From Leucoraja ocellata (Eukaryota), in NCBI GenBank assembly GCA_036785375.1, contig JAWMAR010000650.1, positions 372,001 through 436,000 on the forward strand: a stretch of 64,000 bases of DNA, read 5' to 3'. The translations under genes were made by a program, and so were the position numbers. Positions 25,325 through 37,379 of the stretch are shown in pieces. The notes beneath the pieces were generated by a model. The model saw nothing but the letters and a program-made list of their open reading frames with translations, was not told the DNA's origin and did not search any database. Within the stretch, counting starts at the first letter, position 1. The number at the start of each line of letters is the position of its first letter.

Positions 25325-26155
25325 CTCCGACTGCTTTGGTGCCACCTCCTGCACCTGCACACAACTGACTGACTTCATCCACTTCACCACTAACCCATCC
25401 GGCACTGAAATACACCTGGACCATTTCCGACACCCCTACCATTCCTTGACCTCACTATCTCCATTGCAGGTAATAGACTTCTGACCGACATCCACTATAA
25501 ACCTACTGACTCCCATGGCTATCTGGACTACACTTCTTCCCACCCTGCTTCCTGTAAGGACTCCATCCCCTACTCCCAATTCCTCCGTCTACGCCGCATC
25601 TGCTCCCAGGATGAGGCGTTCCACACCAGGGCATCTGAAATGTCCTCATTCTTCAGGGAACGGGGGTTCCCCTCCTCCACCATAGATGAGGCTCGCACCA
25701 GGGTCTCTTCCATACCCCGCAACACTGCTCTCTCTCCCCATCCCCCCACTCGCAACAAGGGCAGAGTCCCCCTAGTCCTCACCTTTCACCCCACCAGCCG
25801 TCACATACAAATAATCCTCCATCAGTTTCGTCACCTCCAACGTGACCTCACCACTCGCCACATCTTCCCATCTCCCCCCATGTCTGCCTTCTGCAAAGAC
25901 CGCTCCCTCCATAACTCCCTTGTCAATTCTTCCCTTCCCTCCCGTACCACCCCCTCCCCGGGCACTTTCCCTTGCAACCGCAAGAAATGCAACACCTGTC
26001 CCTTCACCTCCCCCCTCGACTCCATTCAAGGACCCTTTCTTCTCCCCCCCCCCCACTCACCAGTCTGAAGAAGGGTTTTGGCCCAAAACGTTGCCCATTT
26101 CCTTCGCTCCATAGATGCTGCTGCACCCGCTGAGTTTCCCCAGCTTTTTTGTGAA
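25325..26155 (+). mobile_element. Penelope-like element fragment (RT C-terminus, Cys-rich linker, pLTR)
   Basis: PFLDLTIS...YKPTDSHGYLDYTSSHP..CKDSIPYSQFLRLRRICS and GTFPCNRKKCNTCP. The GIY-YIG region is deleted and the sequence joins directly to a pLTR with ctgaagaaggg...cccaaaacg. Confidence 0.88.
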
Positions 26156-27515
26156 CCTCCCCTTCAATATCAGCAAGACAAAGGAACTAGTGTTGGACTT
26201 CAGGAAACATAATGATGTATATGCCCTAATCAGAATCAATGGTGCCCAAGTGGAAATTGTCAAGAGCTTCGTTTCTAGATGTAAATATCACCAACAATTT
26301 GTCTTGGACCAACCCCGTGAAGCTGCAGCCAAAAAAGCACACCAATACCTCTACATCCTCAGGAGAGTAAGGTAATATGACATGTCTCCAACAACTCTTA
26401 ACAACTTCTACAGAAGTACCAGAGAAAACATATGATTAGAGTGCATCACAGCTTGGGTTTGGAACAGCTCTATCTGAGACTGCAGAAAATTGCAGAGGGC
26501 TGAATGTAACCCAGTCCATCAAACAGGCCAGATTCCTCACCATCGACTCACAGTGGCACTGCCCTACAGTTGCTGCCTTACAGCGCTAAAGACCCAGGTC
26601 TTGTCTATGGGTGCTGTCTGTATGGAGTTTGCATGTTCTACTGAGTAGGTTTCCTGCGGGCGCCCCGCTTTCTGCCCAAATCCCAAAGTTGAACGTGATT
26701 GTAGGTTAATTGGCCTCTGTAAATCGTCCTAGTGTGCAGGATAGAACAGGGCAGCCTGAATACAGTGCCTGTTTACACGCTGTATCTCTAAAATAAATTA
26801 AACTAACCTATATGTCACACTGAGTCAGGAATGCAGCCAATATTAGCAATAATATTTTCATGCCAATCATTTCCTCTTTTCCATCGGACAGAAGATACAA
26901 AAGCTTGAGAGCACACACCACCAGGAACAGCTTTTCCCCCAGTGGTATCAGACTACTGAATGGCTCTTCCATAATTTAGGGCATAGTCCTGATCTTGCAA
27001 ACTACCTTCATTATAGAAACTGGATAATTTCCTCTGTAACTGGAACACTGCAATGCCGTGAAACTGTATTCAGCGCTGGTATTTTTCTCTTTGAAGTCTC
27101 TATTGTACTTGTGTATGGATCAATTGTACGCCTAGTATGGCTAGTCTGATTTCATTCAATGGTACACAAACAAAAGCTTTTCACTGTATCTCAGTGCATG
27201 TGACAATAAAAATCCAATGTTAATACAATGGTAATTTGTGGGTGCCAGCGCGCATGCACGGCTGGTAACCATTCGGGACGGTACATACACATCATTTAAA
27301 TCTTGGTGTGTCCCCGTTTTGAGTGAGAAGCAATTGAGAATTGTACATCCTGGTGACTGCAACACCAGGCTACCAGTTCCTGGAGCCATCCTTCTGAGGT
27401 TCCACACACGAGGGAAGCTTAGGATTGCCTCATGAAGACTTAAAAGTATGTTGATCAATCCCATAAGAAAAATAATGATCTTTCTTAGCATTATTTGAAA
27501 AAAAAGTGATAGACA

Positions 27516-27717
27516 NNNNNNNNNNNNNNNNNNNNNNNNNNNNNNNNNNNNNNNNNNNNNNNNNNNNNNNNNNNNNNNNNNNNNNNNNNNNNNNNNNNNN
27601 NNNNNNNNNNNNNNNNNNNNNNNNNNNNNNNNNNNNNNNNNNNNNNNNNNNNNNNNNNNNNNNNNNNNNNNNNNNNNNNNNNNNNNNNNNNNNNNNNNNN
27701 NNNNNNNNNNNNNNNNN
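27516..27717. other. Assembly gap (run of N)
   Basis: Direct inspection. Confidence 0.99.
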
Positions 27718-27874
27718 AGTATGTGCACATACAAGGAATTTGCCTTTGTGCTCCTCTCGCAAGTAACTACATGACATACAGTAAACCATTAAGAATAAAA
27801 CATAAAACTGTTTGGCCTTTACAAGCATTAGCTTCATGGGAGAAGTGAGTCTAAAACTCTTGCTCATCTTGCTT

Positions 27875-28185
27875 GTTTAGTTTAGGTTAGAGAGACAGTG
27901 CAGAAACAGGCCTGAGTCTGCGCCAACTAGTGATCCCCGCCACACTAACACTATCCTTCACACACTAGGGACAATTTACAATTTTACCAAGCCAATTAAC
28001 CTACAAACCTGTATGTCTTTGGAATGTTGGAGGAATGTTGGAGGAATCCGGAGCTTCTGGTGAAAACCCCCACAGGTCATGGGTAGAACATACAAACTCA
28101 ATACAGACAGCACCGTAGTCAGGATCTAACCCGGGTTCCTGGTGCTGTAAGGCAGCAACTCTGCCGCTGTGCCATCATGCTGCTC
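27875..28185 (-). mobile_element. HE1-like V-SINE
   Basis: Full head, V-domain and tail matching the other copies. Confidence 0.85.
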
Positions 28186-29584
28186 CATGGCGCCTCTTTG
28201 CCACCTGCTTTTAACTAATTTGCCCTGGATTTTCGTTCTTCATCTGTCTCACTGCTATTCAAAATCAGAATGAAAAATCACCCTAATTGTCTAAATATAT
28301 CAAGTACTGAATGGGGAAGTGAAACATTTACCCCAAAAGATACAAAAGTTTGCCAAACCAGGATATTACCTTTATTGGGCTTGAGATATATTTTGTTTCC
28401 TTAACATTATTCAGCTGTGCCACAAGGCCAGTTTTAACACAGGTTATGAATTATTCATAGATCCTTCAGAATGAATACATGTTAATTTCAACACTGGAAC
28501 AAACCTACCTTGAGATTTGGGGAAAAAATGCACTCTGATTGTTGTTAACTGTAGACTTGAATAGCAAATTATTGCCCACAAGTTGTACTGGTTGAAATGA
28601 ACCAGAGTCATAAATAACTGTGCACATGTGCAACGTTGCTTGCTAAAGAAATTTGGTGATCCAATTTATAATAGCAAATGCAATAATCCTTTTCTGGGAA
28701 TCTGCACAATAGTAATGCACATTAATGTAAAGTAAACATTTAAAATGAATTAGAATTCAAACAATCTGAGCCAACTGTTCATTAATTACTCACCAATTTC
28801 TTTCCATCATCCTGTTTTTCTCTCGCTACAAAAAAATCGATTATTCTTCCGTTTATTTTCTTTCCTCTGTACTTTCTTTATCACCTATCCTTTGCTAGGA
28901 TTAATTCCAGAGAGTTTAACATTTTTCATTCTTCAGCACAAATAAAATATATTTTCTGCCAAAACGTTGCTTCCTCAGACAAATGGATTATGAGCATTCT
29001 GCATTTTTTACTAGAAAAACTCCACAGTCGTATTTTTTAATCCTATTCATTACTCATTATATCCAGAGGAACTGCTTCAATATATAATATTGATGAGAAG
29101 AAAAAATCATACATTTTCAGATAGTATAATAATCAGTTTCACTAGCTTAGCTATTAACTAAACCTTGAGAGGTCTTTCCTGACCTGTAAGGAGGAGGTTG
29201 GCATGAGTTGTAGTGTGAAAAACTACATTGGGAAAACAGATCTAATAAGTTTAACTTTCCATAAAACATGATTTTCCGTCATCCATGAGAATCTTTCCTG
29301 AGCATTTCCGCACTGTTTGAAGCAGGAAGGGAAGATCAATAAGAAACGCAGGACTGCAAGTGATAAAGGGCAGTTCACTTCAGACTTACCTGCACTTCCT
29401 CAAACATTGACCATGTACCTCGGTGCTTGAGTAAAACCAGCCTTAAAAGATAAAATCTGTCTTCCCTTCAAATCTCCAATCATCCAAAAGCTGAAAGCGT
29501 ATACATAAATAACTTGCAACTTTACACGGTTTGCTTTAAACAATATTCTTTGGAAAGTGACACCAAAATCTGTCTTCTACTGTT

Positions 29585-29760
29585 ATAGAAACATAGAAAA
29601 CATAGAAATATAGAAAAACAGGTGCTGGTGTAGGCCATTTGGCCCTTCGAGCCAGCACCGCCATTCAATATGATCATGGCTGATCAACTAAAATCAGTAC
29701 CCCGTTCCTGCTTTTTCCCCATACCTCTTGATTCCATTAGCCCTAAGAGCCAAATCAAAC
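29585..29760 (-). mobile_element. CR1 3' UTR fragment
   Basis: (agaaacat)n tail plus ggccatttggcccttcgagccagcaccgccattcaat; same family at 21345 and 49160. Confidence 0.8.
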
Positions 29761-30322
29761 TACCAGCAGTATATCTATCCTTTGTGGTAATATACTTCAG
29801 TTCCTAATCTCCTTCCTAGTCCTTCATAGGGCTCCCTCAATCTGTAAGGATGGATTATATTTTTTTACAAACTGCAGATGTTTGAAATCTAAACCAAAAA
29901 CAGAAAATATTGGAAAAAAACTAAAGCAGGTCAGTCCACGTCTATGGGAAGAGAAGCAGTCAATGCTCTGGGTTAGAGACCCTTCGTCAGGATGTATTGT
30001 AGCTGTGTTAATTAGACTTGGAGACCTAGGCGATTTGTAAGGATGATGTCCCGAGTGGAAGGCAGTTTGCAGCAATGTGATGGACCCATTATTAAAAACG
30101 TTAAGTTCAAGTAATAAACTAACACATGTGAAGCCATTAGGTTTATTATTTGTCCCCAAGAAGGCATAGGCATCTGCACCCACTCCTTACAGATCAATAT
30201 TCAACTACCAACTTGCCCAATTAAATCTGTGCGATGTTCAGTCTGGCCTTCGGCATCTATGGGGCTTTGTGAAAGGGCATTTTCAAAACCAACAGCCACC
30301 ATTAGAAACATTTATTGATGCA

Positions 30323-30503
30323 CTTCTTCCTCTTGTCGAGTCCACACACAAGATTAAAAGTTGTTCAGCCAGAGCTGAACACACTTCCCGGCATCTGCAT
30401 TTAATGGTGTCTGTCTTGCGCTTCTTGTGCTTCTTGTGCGTGGTGGTGGTGGAAAGATTGGTGGAATGGTGGGCCATGACGTGAACGTTCTTTCCTTCAC
30501 CCC
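30323..30503 (-). mobile_element. Short retroposon, family 1 (HDV-like 5' end, partly altered)
   Basis: Homologous to 5274-5448. P2 GGAAAGA/TCTTTCC retained. Possible decayed TSD tattgatgcac / tgttgatgtgc. Confidence 0.75.
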
Positions 30504-31810
30504 TGTTGATGTGCTGATCCTCATTGGTTGCAGTATGGTGGGCCATGTGAGAAATTCACGTCGCCTTTCTTCACCTTGGTTTCTGACGTCAGCCAGTGGC
30601 ACGGTTGAATTCTGGTTCTGCCGCGTAAGGGTGAATTGAGGATCATGTTGGTGAAGACGAACAGGTTTTTGCGCAACAAAATGTGACTTCATTGACAGCT
30701 CTATGGAAATGCATCAGAGCAGTGTCGAGGAGTATAGGAAAGTGCATCTCCAATTTCACACAGTGCCTGAGCAGAGCTTGGAGTGCTTGCTTTCCAACAT
30801 AGACCTGATGGTCCATTTTATGTCAACACATAGTCACCTGTCAATTCTCACAGCACAAGCAAAAGCCCCCCAATCTGTGTAACCTGCAGTGATAACTCAG
30901 TCTGCTACCATGCAAACACAGATTTCTCTCTTCATGTCTCGAAAGGGGTTTCCAGGACATTGCAAGTTCTCCAGTAGATTGTTAGGAGTGTGAACCTGTT
31001 GCTCCATCTCAGAATGAGGGAGGACAACAACTTCATTGATCTCACCATTGCTACTCCACCACTATCCATCAGCCAGCTCACCAGCCCAAATTGTTGCCAC
31101 ATGGAGTGACATGGTGCAGTCTGAACCTAGACTTTCTTGTCCCAGAGCTGTTCAACATCAAGGCTGTCTGCAACCTTCACTGAAGGTTAGAGGCTTTCCA
31201 CCAGCCACGTCTCCCCTCACTGACAAAGCATTCATTCAGGCACTAGTGCGGACACTAAGGAAAATACAGAGAGGTGATTCTGTAGCCTTCATGATGGCTG
31301 GATGCATATATCTAATGGTACAATGGTGTCTTTATTGTCACGTGTAACAGGTAGAATGAAATACATTTTTTGCATACAACCCAGCAAGACTATCTCCATA
31401 CATAAGTACAAACACCCTGGTCAGTACAGTGCAGCTCACTGTCCATAAGCAAGAGGCGCCTTTGGGATATTCATTTCACGCTGGCCATTATTTTGTCATT
31501 CTGGTCTACGGATGATGAGATGGTCTCTGTAATAGCAAAGGTAAGATGGTGAATTGAGATGGTAGTGCGATTTGGAGAGTTGACTCTGAATGCCTGGCCA
31601 GGAGGTGGCTCTCTATGATGCCTCCTCTGGAACATTAGACCAGAACAATATGGAGTATGAGTAGGTCACCTGGCCTAGTGAGCCTACTGTGCCATTCATC
31701 GTTCATTTCATTTATCCCCATTTCCCGTGTTCCTTGCACATGTCTTAATGCCGATGAGTTGCTGCCAACTTAAGAACGACCCTCTTATTCCCATTCCTTG
31801 CTTTCGTTAC

Positions 31811-31864
31811 GGGGTGGAAGATTGCAACCTTCACGTGTTCCGCCCTGTTTCGACGAATGCAATC
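31811..31864 (+). ncRNA. Putative HDV-like self-cleaving ribozyme, family 2
   Basis: P1 GGGGTGG/CCGCCCT (7 bp, G1-U wobble); P2 GATTGCA/TGCAATC (perfect); P3 ACC/GTT (GGT in the sister copy); L3 TTCACGT; minimal P4 with TTCG; J4/2 CGAA (candidate catalytic C at 31854). Confidence 0.75.
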
Positions 31865-31948
31865 AACCCGGTGTGCACAATGAAATAAGATCAAATAGAA
31901 CAAGTTGTCCTACAACTTTAGGCTGTGCACGCCATATGCAAGAAGAAG
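31811..31948 (+). mobile_element. Short non-autonomous retroposon, family 2 (5' HDV-like ribozyme, AAG tail)
   Basis: Ends ...cacgccatatgcaagaagaag. Approximate TSD gctttcgttac / gctatctttac. Second copy at 42413-42531. Confidence 0.82.
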
Positions 31949-32919
31949 CTATCTTTACGATAACCACATATCAATCCAGGCCATTATATTTCTTACCCAC
32001 GCCATTCCAAGTGCTTTCACCTCATTCAGCAACCTCCTGCTTGAAACATTATTGGATGCCTTCCAAAAATCGAATTATGCCACATCCACCGGTTTAACTT
32101 ATCTACAGTATTTGACAAAACACCCAAAGATCTCTAATAGGTTAATCACGCATGATTTCCCTTTTATATCATGGATACTGACTCTGCTCCATCACATTTC
32201 TTTGCAAATCTGTTATTAAATCCTTCAGCGCAGGTGCCAACATTTTCTGAACTATTGATTTTAGGGAAGAAGCCAGTTTCTCTCCTTTCTTAATTGCTAA
32301 GGTTAATTTTGCTACCTGCCAATCTGTTGGAAAAATTCCACTTCTATAGATTTTTAAAACACGATAACCAATATATCCACTATCATTGTAGCACCTCTTT
32401 CAAGTCTCTGAGATATAGATCATCACATCCTTGAGATTTATTGGTTTTCATCTCACTAACATTTCAAGAATATTTCTATCTGACACTAATTTCCTTTGGC
32501 CTTTCTTTCTTGCTTGACTTTTACTTTTCTAATAGTTCTGCCCTGTATTTTGTCTTCCTCTGTACTCATCAGCAGAAAGAATTTGTTTAATTTTCTGCTG
32601 CCTCTCTCTTTCATTTTCCATCATAAGTTTTCTTTTAAGAATCTTGTAGAACCCCTGGCAGTCTCCTTTTGTGCCTTTCTTCCTCCTTCTTCCCTTCTTT
32701 CTCCAGCCTGTGCCTGTATGGTTGCAAAGCTGAACCAATACAGCACATCCCAGTAAACATGAAGACAAGCACTTTGAATTGATTCAGGGTTTCTCCAGGC
32801 AGCAGATTTGCTGCTGAGAGTGTCCATGATCAGGTTGAACAAGTTGAAGAGGCTGGAGGGTCGTTCTTAAGTTTGCAGTGTACAATCAAATGAAAGCCCC
32901 CACTGGACTTAAGGAAAGA

Positions 32920-33600
32920 CACAAAGTCATAGAGTCACAGTCATACAATGATACAGTGTGGAAACAGGTCGTTCAGCCCAACTTTCCCATACCTGCCAAC
33001 ATGTCCCAGCCACTCTGGTCCCACCTGCTTTTGGTCCATATCCTTCCAAACCTGTCCTATCCATATACCTGTCAAACTGTTTCTTAAATGTTGGGATAGC
33101 CTCTGTCCCAACTACCTCCTCTGGTAGCGTGTTCCATACACCCACCACCCAATGTGTGAAAAAGTTACCCCTCAGATTCCTATTAAATCTTTTCCCCTTC
33201 ACCTTAATCCTACGTACTCAGGTCATCGATTAACCTATTCTGGGCAAGAGATTCTGTGTATCTACCTGATCTATCCCTCTCATGATTTTATACACCTCTA
33301 ATAAGATCACTTCTCATCCTCCTGCACTCCAAGGAAAAGAGTCCCACCCTATTCAACATCTCCCTATAGCTCAGACCCGCTAGTCCTGGCAACATCCTTG
33401 TAAATCTTCTCTGTACCCTTTCCAGCTTGACAACATCTTTCCGATAACATGGTGCCCAGAACTGAACACAATGCTCTAAAACCAGCCTCACCAACGTCTT
33501 ATCCAACTGCAACATGACCTCCAAACTTCTATACTCAATACCATGACTGCGGAAGGCCAATGTTGCAAAAGTTGACCACCCGATCTACCTGCGACTCCAA
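32920..33600 (-). mobile_element. CR1 LINE 3' region
   Basis: LEHCVQFWAPCYRKDVVKLERVQRRFTRMLPG and FFTHWVVGVWNTLPEEVV. Confidence 0.9.
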
Positions 33601-33822
33601 GTGTTGGAGTAACTCAGCGGGTCAGGCAACATTTCCGGAGAACATGGATACAATTTTGCATTGGGACCCTTCCTCTGACTCATATCTGACTCAAGTCTGA
33701 AGGGTCCCGACCCAAAATGTCACCTATCCATGTTCTCCTGGAATGCTGCCTGGCCCGCTGAGTTAGTCCAGCACTTTGTGCCCTTTTGTGTGAATCAGCT
33801 TCTGCAGTTCCCTGTTTCTATG
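33600..33822. mobile_element. Penelope-LTR-derived fold-back mini-element (diverged)
   Basis: Inverted arms ggagtaactcagcgggtcagg / cctggcccgctgagttagtcc. Confidence 0.7.
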
Positions 33823-34330
33823 TTAGATTCAAGGACCTGAGTATCATCTGTAGTCAAAGCCCATGTGGTGAGATCATATTATCCAATAGGCATCCTTTGG
33901 TTCATCATTGTGGCTCAGATATGGATGACAACGGTTCAGTGTATGTTGCATGTCTCTTATAGAACCCACAATGAAACACAAGTACAATCAATGATAGCCT
34001 GCAACCACGGCAGTCGAGAACAATAACAGCCTGCAACAATGGAAAGCCTACAGGAATGGGGAAGACTGCAACCATCGTGAACCTATGTCTGTGCTATGCT
34101 GGCTGTTTCATGCCAACGAGCAATGCAATTAATTCTGCTCTCCTAGATCGGAGAACATCTGTAACTTTCCAAATTTACAATAAGTTGAACAGTTGGTGGT
34201 TGAACTGATTGATAGAAATTAAAAGCCAAACACACCCAGGAAAAATCAGAAGCATAAACATTCTTGACAACTTTCATTTTTCTGCCATGTCTTTAGCACA
34301 GTAAATAAAGATTACATTTTGAAACAGTGC

Positions 34331-34388
34331 GACACACACGCACACACACGCACGCACGCACACACGCACACACGCACACACACACACA
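34331..34388. repeat. (CA)n/(CACG)n microsatellite
   Basis: Direct inspection. Confidence 0.92.
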
Positions 34389-35825
34389 ACTTAACTGTGT
34401 TTGGCTCATGTTTTAGATTCAATTCCTTCTTGTAGTTCGTAAAGGTGTTGCACTAAGTGAAGGATCTGTTCATCGCAATATACATCTGAGCAATCACTTT
34501 CTTTAGTAATTGTGAGGTTTACAGGCATTGTCTGCATTAGTATACTGTCGGCTGTCCTACATCTCCACTGGTATGCAAAATGAAAAAATAAAATTTGCAG
34601 TAACATTAAAAGTAACCCACACTGTTTTCACAATGAAGAATGTCATATAGTAACATCAATCAATTGCAATTCATCCAATGGCCTGTGTGAAGTACTATGC
34701 AGTGCAAAGAAGTACCGGTCCAAATTAAACAGTGAGCCGTCTTTCTGTAAGGCAGATCAATGTCAGTTTGTAACAGAAATAGAATTATTCCTCTCATTAT
34801 GCCAAAACTAAGAAACTAAATGCAGAAGTAACACGGAGCTGGAAGAACTAATCACCAGAAATTATCGACAAAACTAATCCACAGAACTTCAGTAATTGGA
34901 GGGAGATGGTGGGATCTGGGGAAGAATAAGTATAGAGTTGGACTGTAATCAGCAGAATAACTAGTCTCTAGGAACTACTCCACAGAAATCGTTAACAGAA
35001 AAAGGAATTTTAAGAACAATCTGAATACAACTCATCAGACCAGGACAGCAGAACTACAAAAGCAGAGAACAAGATGAAAGTATTTAGCAGAATAGTGGAA
35101 GTGAAACATTTAACAATGATAACCGGTGACAAAATAAAATGACAAGTTAAGGAAAATATACATGCACAACTTAATAGAAACAGAATGAAGGAAAAACGTG
35201 ACAGGGCTATACAATGGAAATAAGTGATGAAAGAGCCTGGAGCAGTTAGTGAAAGAAGTAGATTTATTTTCAACTGCACAAACCCATCGAATAAGGTAAT
35301 GATGAGGCATGTTGTGAAATTTATACGATCTCTGTTTTGGTTTTCCAATGTGTGCTACAATATTAGTACAATGTAATTTCTTACCTTTTTTAGCCCTATA
35401 GTCCTATACTTTGAAGTTTAAAGAGCACAAATATTCAACATAGATTACAGCTAAATTATTTGGTGCCTTGACACGAAGCAGGGGAATTGTCTTAATTGAT
35501 ACATATAGCTCTAATGTAATTGTGCTCGAGCTTTGCTTAGTTAGTATTCCCAATGAAATGATAAACATTCATGGTTTTGACAGGAACAATTAACTGGAGG
35601 AAAGCTTTGGGAATGAATTCATGTTGTTTCATTTAATGGCCAGAACCATACCCTCAATGCTTATGAATGCTTTCAATCAAAGAAACTTTTGTTTTGTGGT
35701 TACAATTCAGGTTATTAGCTTCATGCCAAATACCAGTACACAAATTATACATTCAAGCTGTTTTTGTGTGAGGGTGTTCCACGAAGCAATGTTTGGCCTC
35801 TTCCATCCAAAATCGCCCAGATTCA

Positions 35826-36112
35826 CACAAAATGCTGGAGTAACTCAGTGGGACAGGCAGCACCTCTGGAGAGAAAGAATGGGTGATGTTTCGGGTCCAG
35901 ACCCTTCTTCAGACGAGCGTCAGGGGAAAGGGAAACGTTTCCCCTCCCTTGACTCATTTACCTTTTCCCTGACTCTAGTCTGAAGAAGGGTCCCTACGCA
36001 AAATGTTACCCATTCCTTCTCGTCAGAGATGCTGCCTGTCCCGCTGAGTTATTCCAGCATTTTTTTTTGTCTATCTTCTTTTTAAACAAGCACCTGCAGT
36101 TCCTTCCTGCCC
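35826..36112. mobile_element. Penelope-LTR-derived fold-back mini-element with a hammerhead core on each arm
   Basis: Long inverted arms; 14-bp TSD atcgcccagattca / atcacccagattca at 35812-35825 and 36113-36126. Confidence 0.82.
35884..35913 (-). ncRNA. Minimal hammerhead ribozyme motif (Penelope type)
   Basis: Minus strand CTGAAGA-A-GGGTC-TG-GACCC-GAAA-CA-TC: CUGANGA and GAAA intact around a 5-bp stem II. Stem III CG has changed to CA. Confidence 0.6.
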
Positions 36113-37087
36113 ATCACCCAGATTCAGTTTGGAACAAGTTGGGTCCAATGCTAACAGAACATTGACAGTATGCCAGGATCTCTAATCACTGGAGATCAAA
36201 AGAAAAGTTTGATTGAACCAATGACATCTCAATTTACCACACCATCTGTTCATACAATGAGAATTAAATTGCTAGGTTAATACTAATAGCGGCAAAATTG
36301 AGGGCAATATTGTGCTACAAAAGCTTCAAATCAGCCCACTTAAACTAACACTAACAGCCAGCAGCGCAGCTGATTTCCATTCTCTCCCTAACGAGCTAGA
36401 AATCTATGCATAGGCCAACTGGTCAGCATTTGCTTCCAACTAAGATCAACAGGAACTCAAATACTGCCTGAAAAGCAACACATAATGTTGCTAACTTTTT
36501 CTTAGCAACTTCAGGAAAATTGATTGCAATGATCTTTTGTTTTGGTATGTGAAAAAACCTATTGCTTGATATCACAACAACTTAGTCTATAGCAACAACT
36601 GACCATGCCAGTGGAAAGGAGAATTGAGCACATTGTCAACATGGGTCCTGTTTCTTCATGACCCTGCAATATTATTTCTGATGTTAACTACCATTGATTG
36701 TCCAATTATTGTGCACATTTATTATTGTTGGATAACCAGGATTAACATTGCTGAATCCACCACCACCATCATCATCCTGGGGGTCACCTGAAAATTAAAA
36801 CGGCAGCACATAAATACTGCAATTTCAAGAGCAAAATTTAGGTCCTTTCAGCAAGTTTCTCCAAATCCTCAAGGCACAGGTCAGGATTGTACAGAAATAC
36901 CTTCCACTTGCCTTACACAGTGCAGCTCCAACAAAGCTCACTTTTCTGTGTGGCGGTTCGTGTCTCATGAATATAATTGAGTTTTTTTTAAGGAGGTTGA
37001 CAATAAGTGCAGTCATAGTCATGGTTTATTTGGACTTCAGTAAGGCCTTTGGTAAGGTTCCATATGGTAGACTGCTCTGGAAAGTTA

Positions 37088-37315
37088 TGCCCCTGACCCA
37101 CTTTGGAAACCTGAACGGAAACCTCTGGAGACTTTGTGCCCCACCCAAGGTTTCCGTGCGGTTCCCGGAGGTTGCAGGTGGTTCCCGGAGGTTGCACGTA
37201 GTGGAAGCAGGTAGGGAGACTTACAAAAAAACCTTCGGGAACTGCACGGAAACCTTGGGTGGGGTGCAAAGTCTCCAGAGGTTTCCGTTCAGGTTTCCGA
37301 AGTGGGACAGGGGCA
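37088..37315. mobile_element. PIF/Harbinger-like fold-back MITE
   Basis: TIR tgcccctgacccact / agtgggacaggggca; TTA duplicated on both sides. Confidence 0.82.
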
Positions 37316-37379
37316 TTAGATTGCATGGATTCCAAATAGAGCCAGCTAACTGTTACATTTACCTTGGTACAGATTGTCT

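Larger units (their letters stand above)
24690..27215 (+). mobile_element. Degraded Rex1-like LINE with nested Penelope pieces and a SINE
   Basis: FIDYSS...IIPSKL, APQGCILSPL, NISKTKELVLDFRK and a 3' gtgacaataaa end, interrupted at 25045-25203, 25325-26155 and 26550-26805. Confidence 0.75.

Noticed and set aside
27156-27867. ORFs spanning the N run
   Set aside because: Artefacts of the assembly gap.
34406-34570. Possible terminal coding exon on the minus strand (WRCRTADS...ESKT*)
   Set aside because: Plausible acceptor, but no recognisable homology and no linked coding exons.
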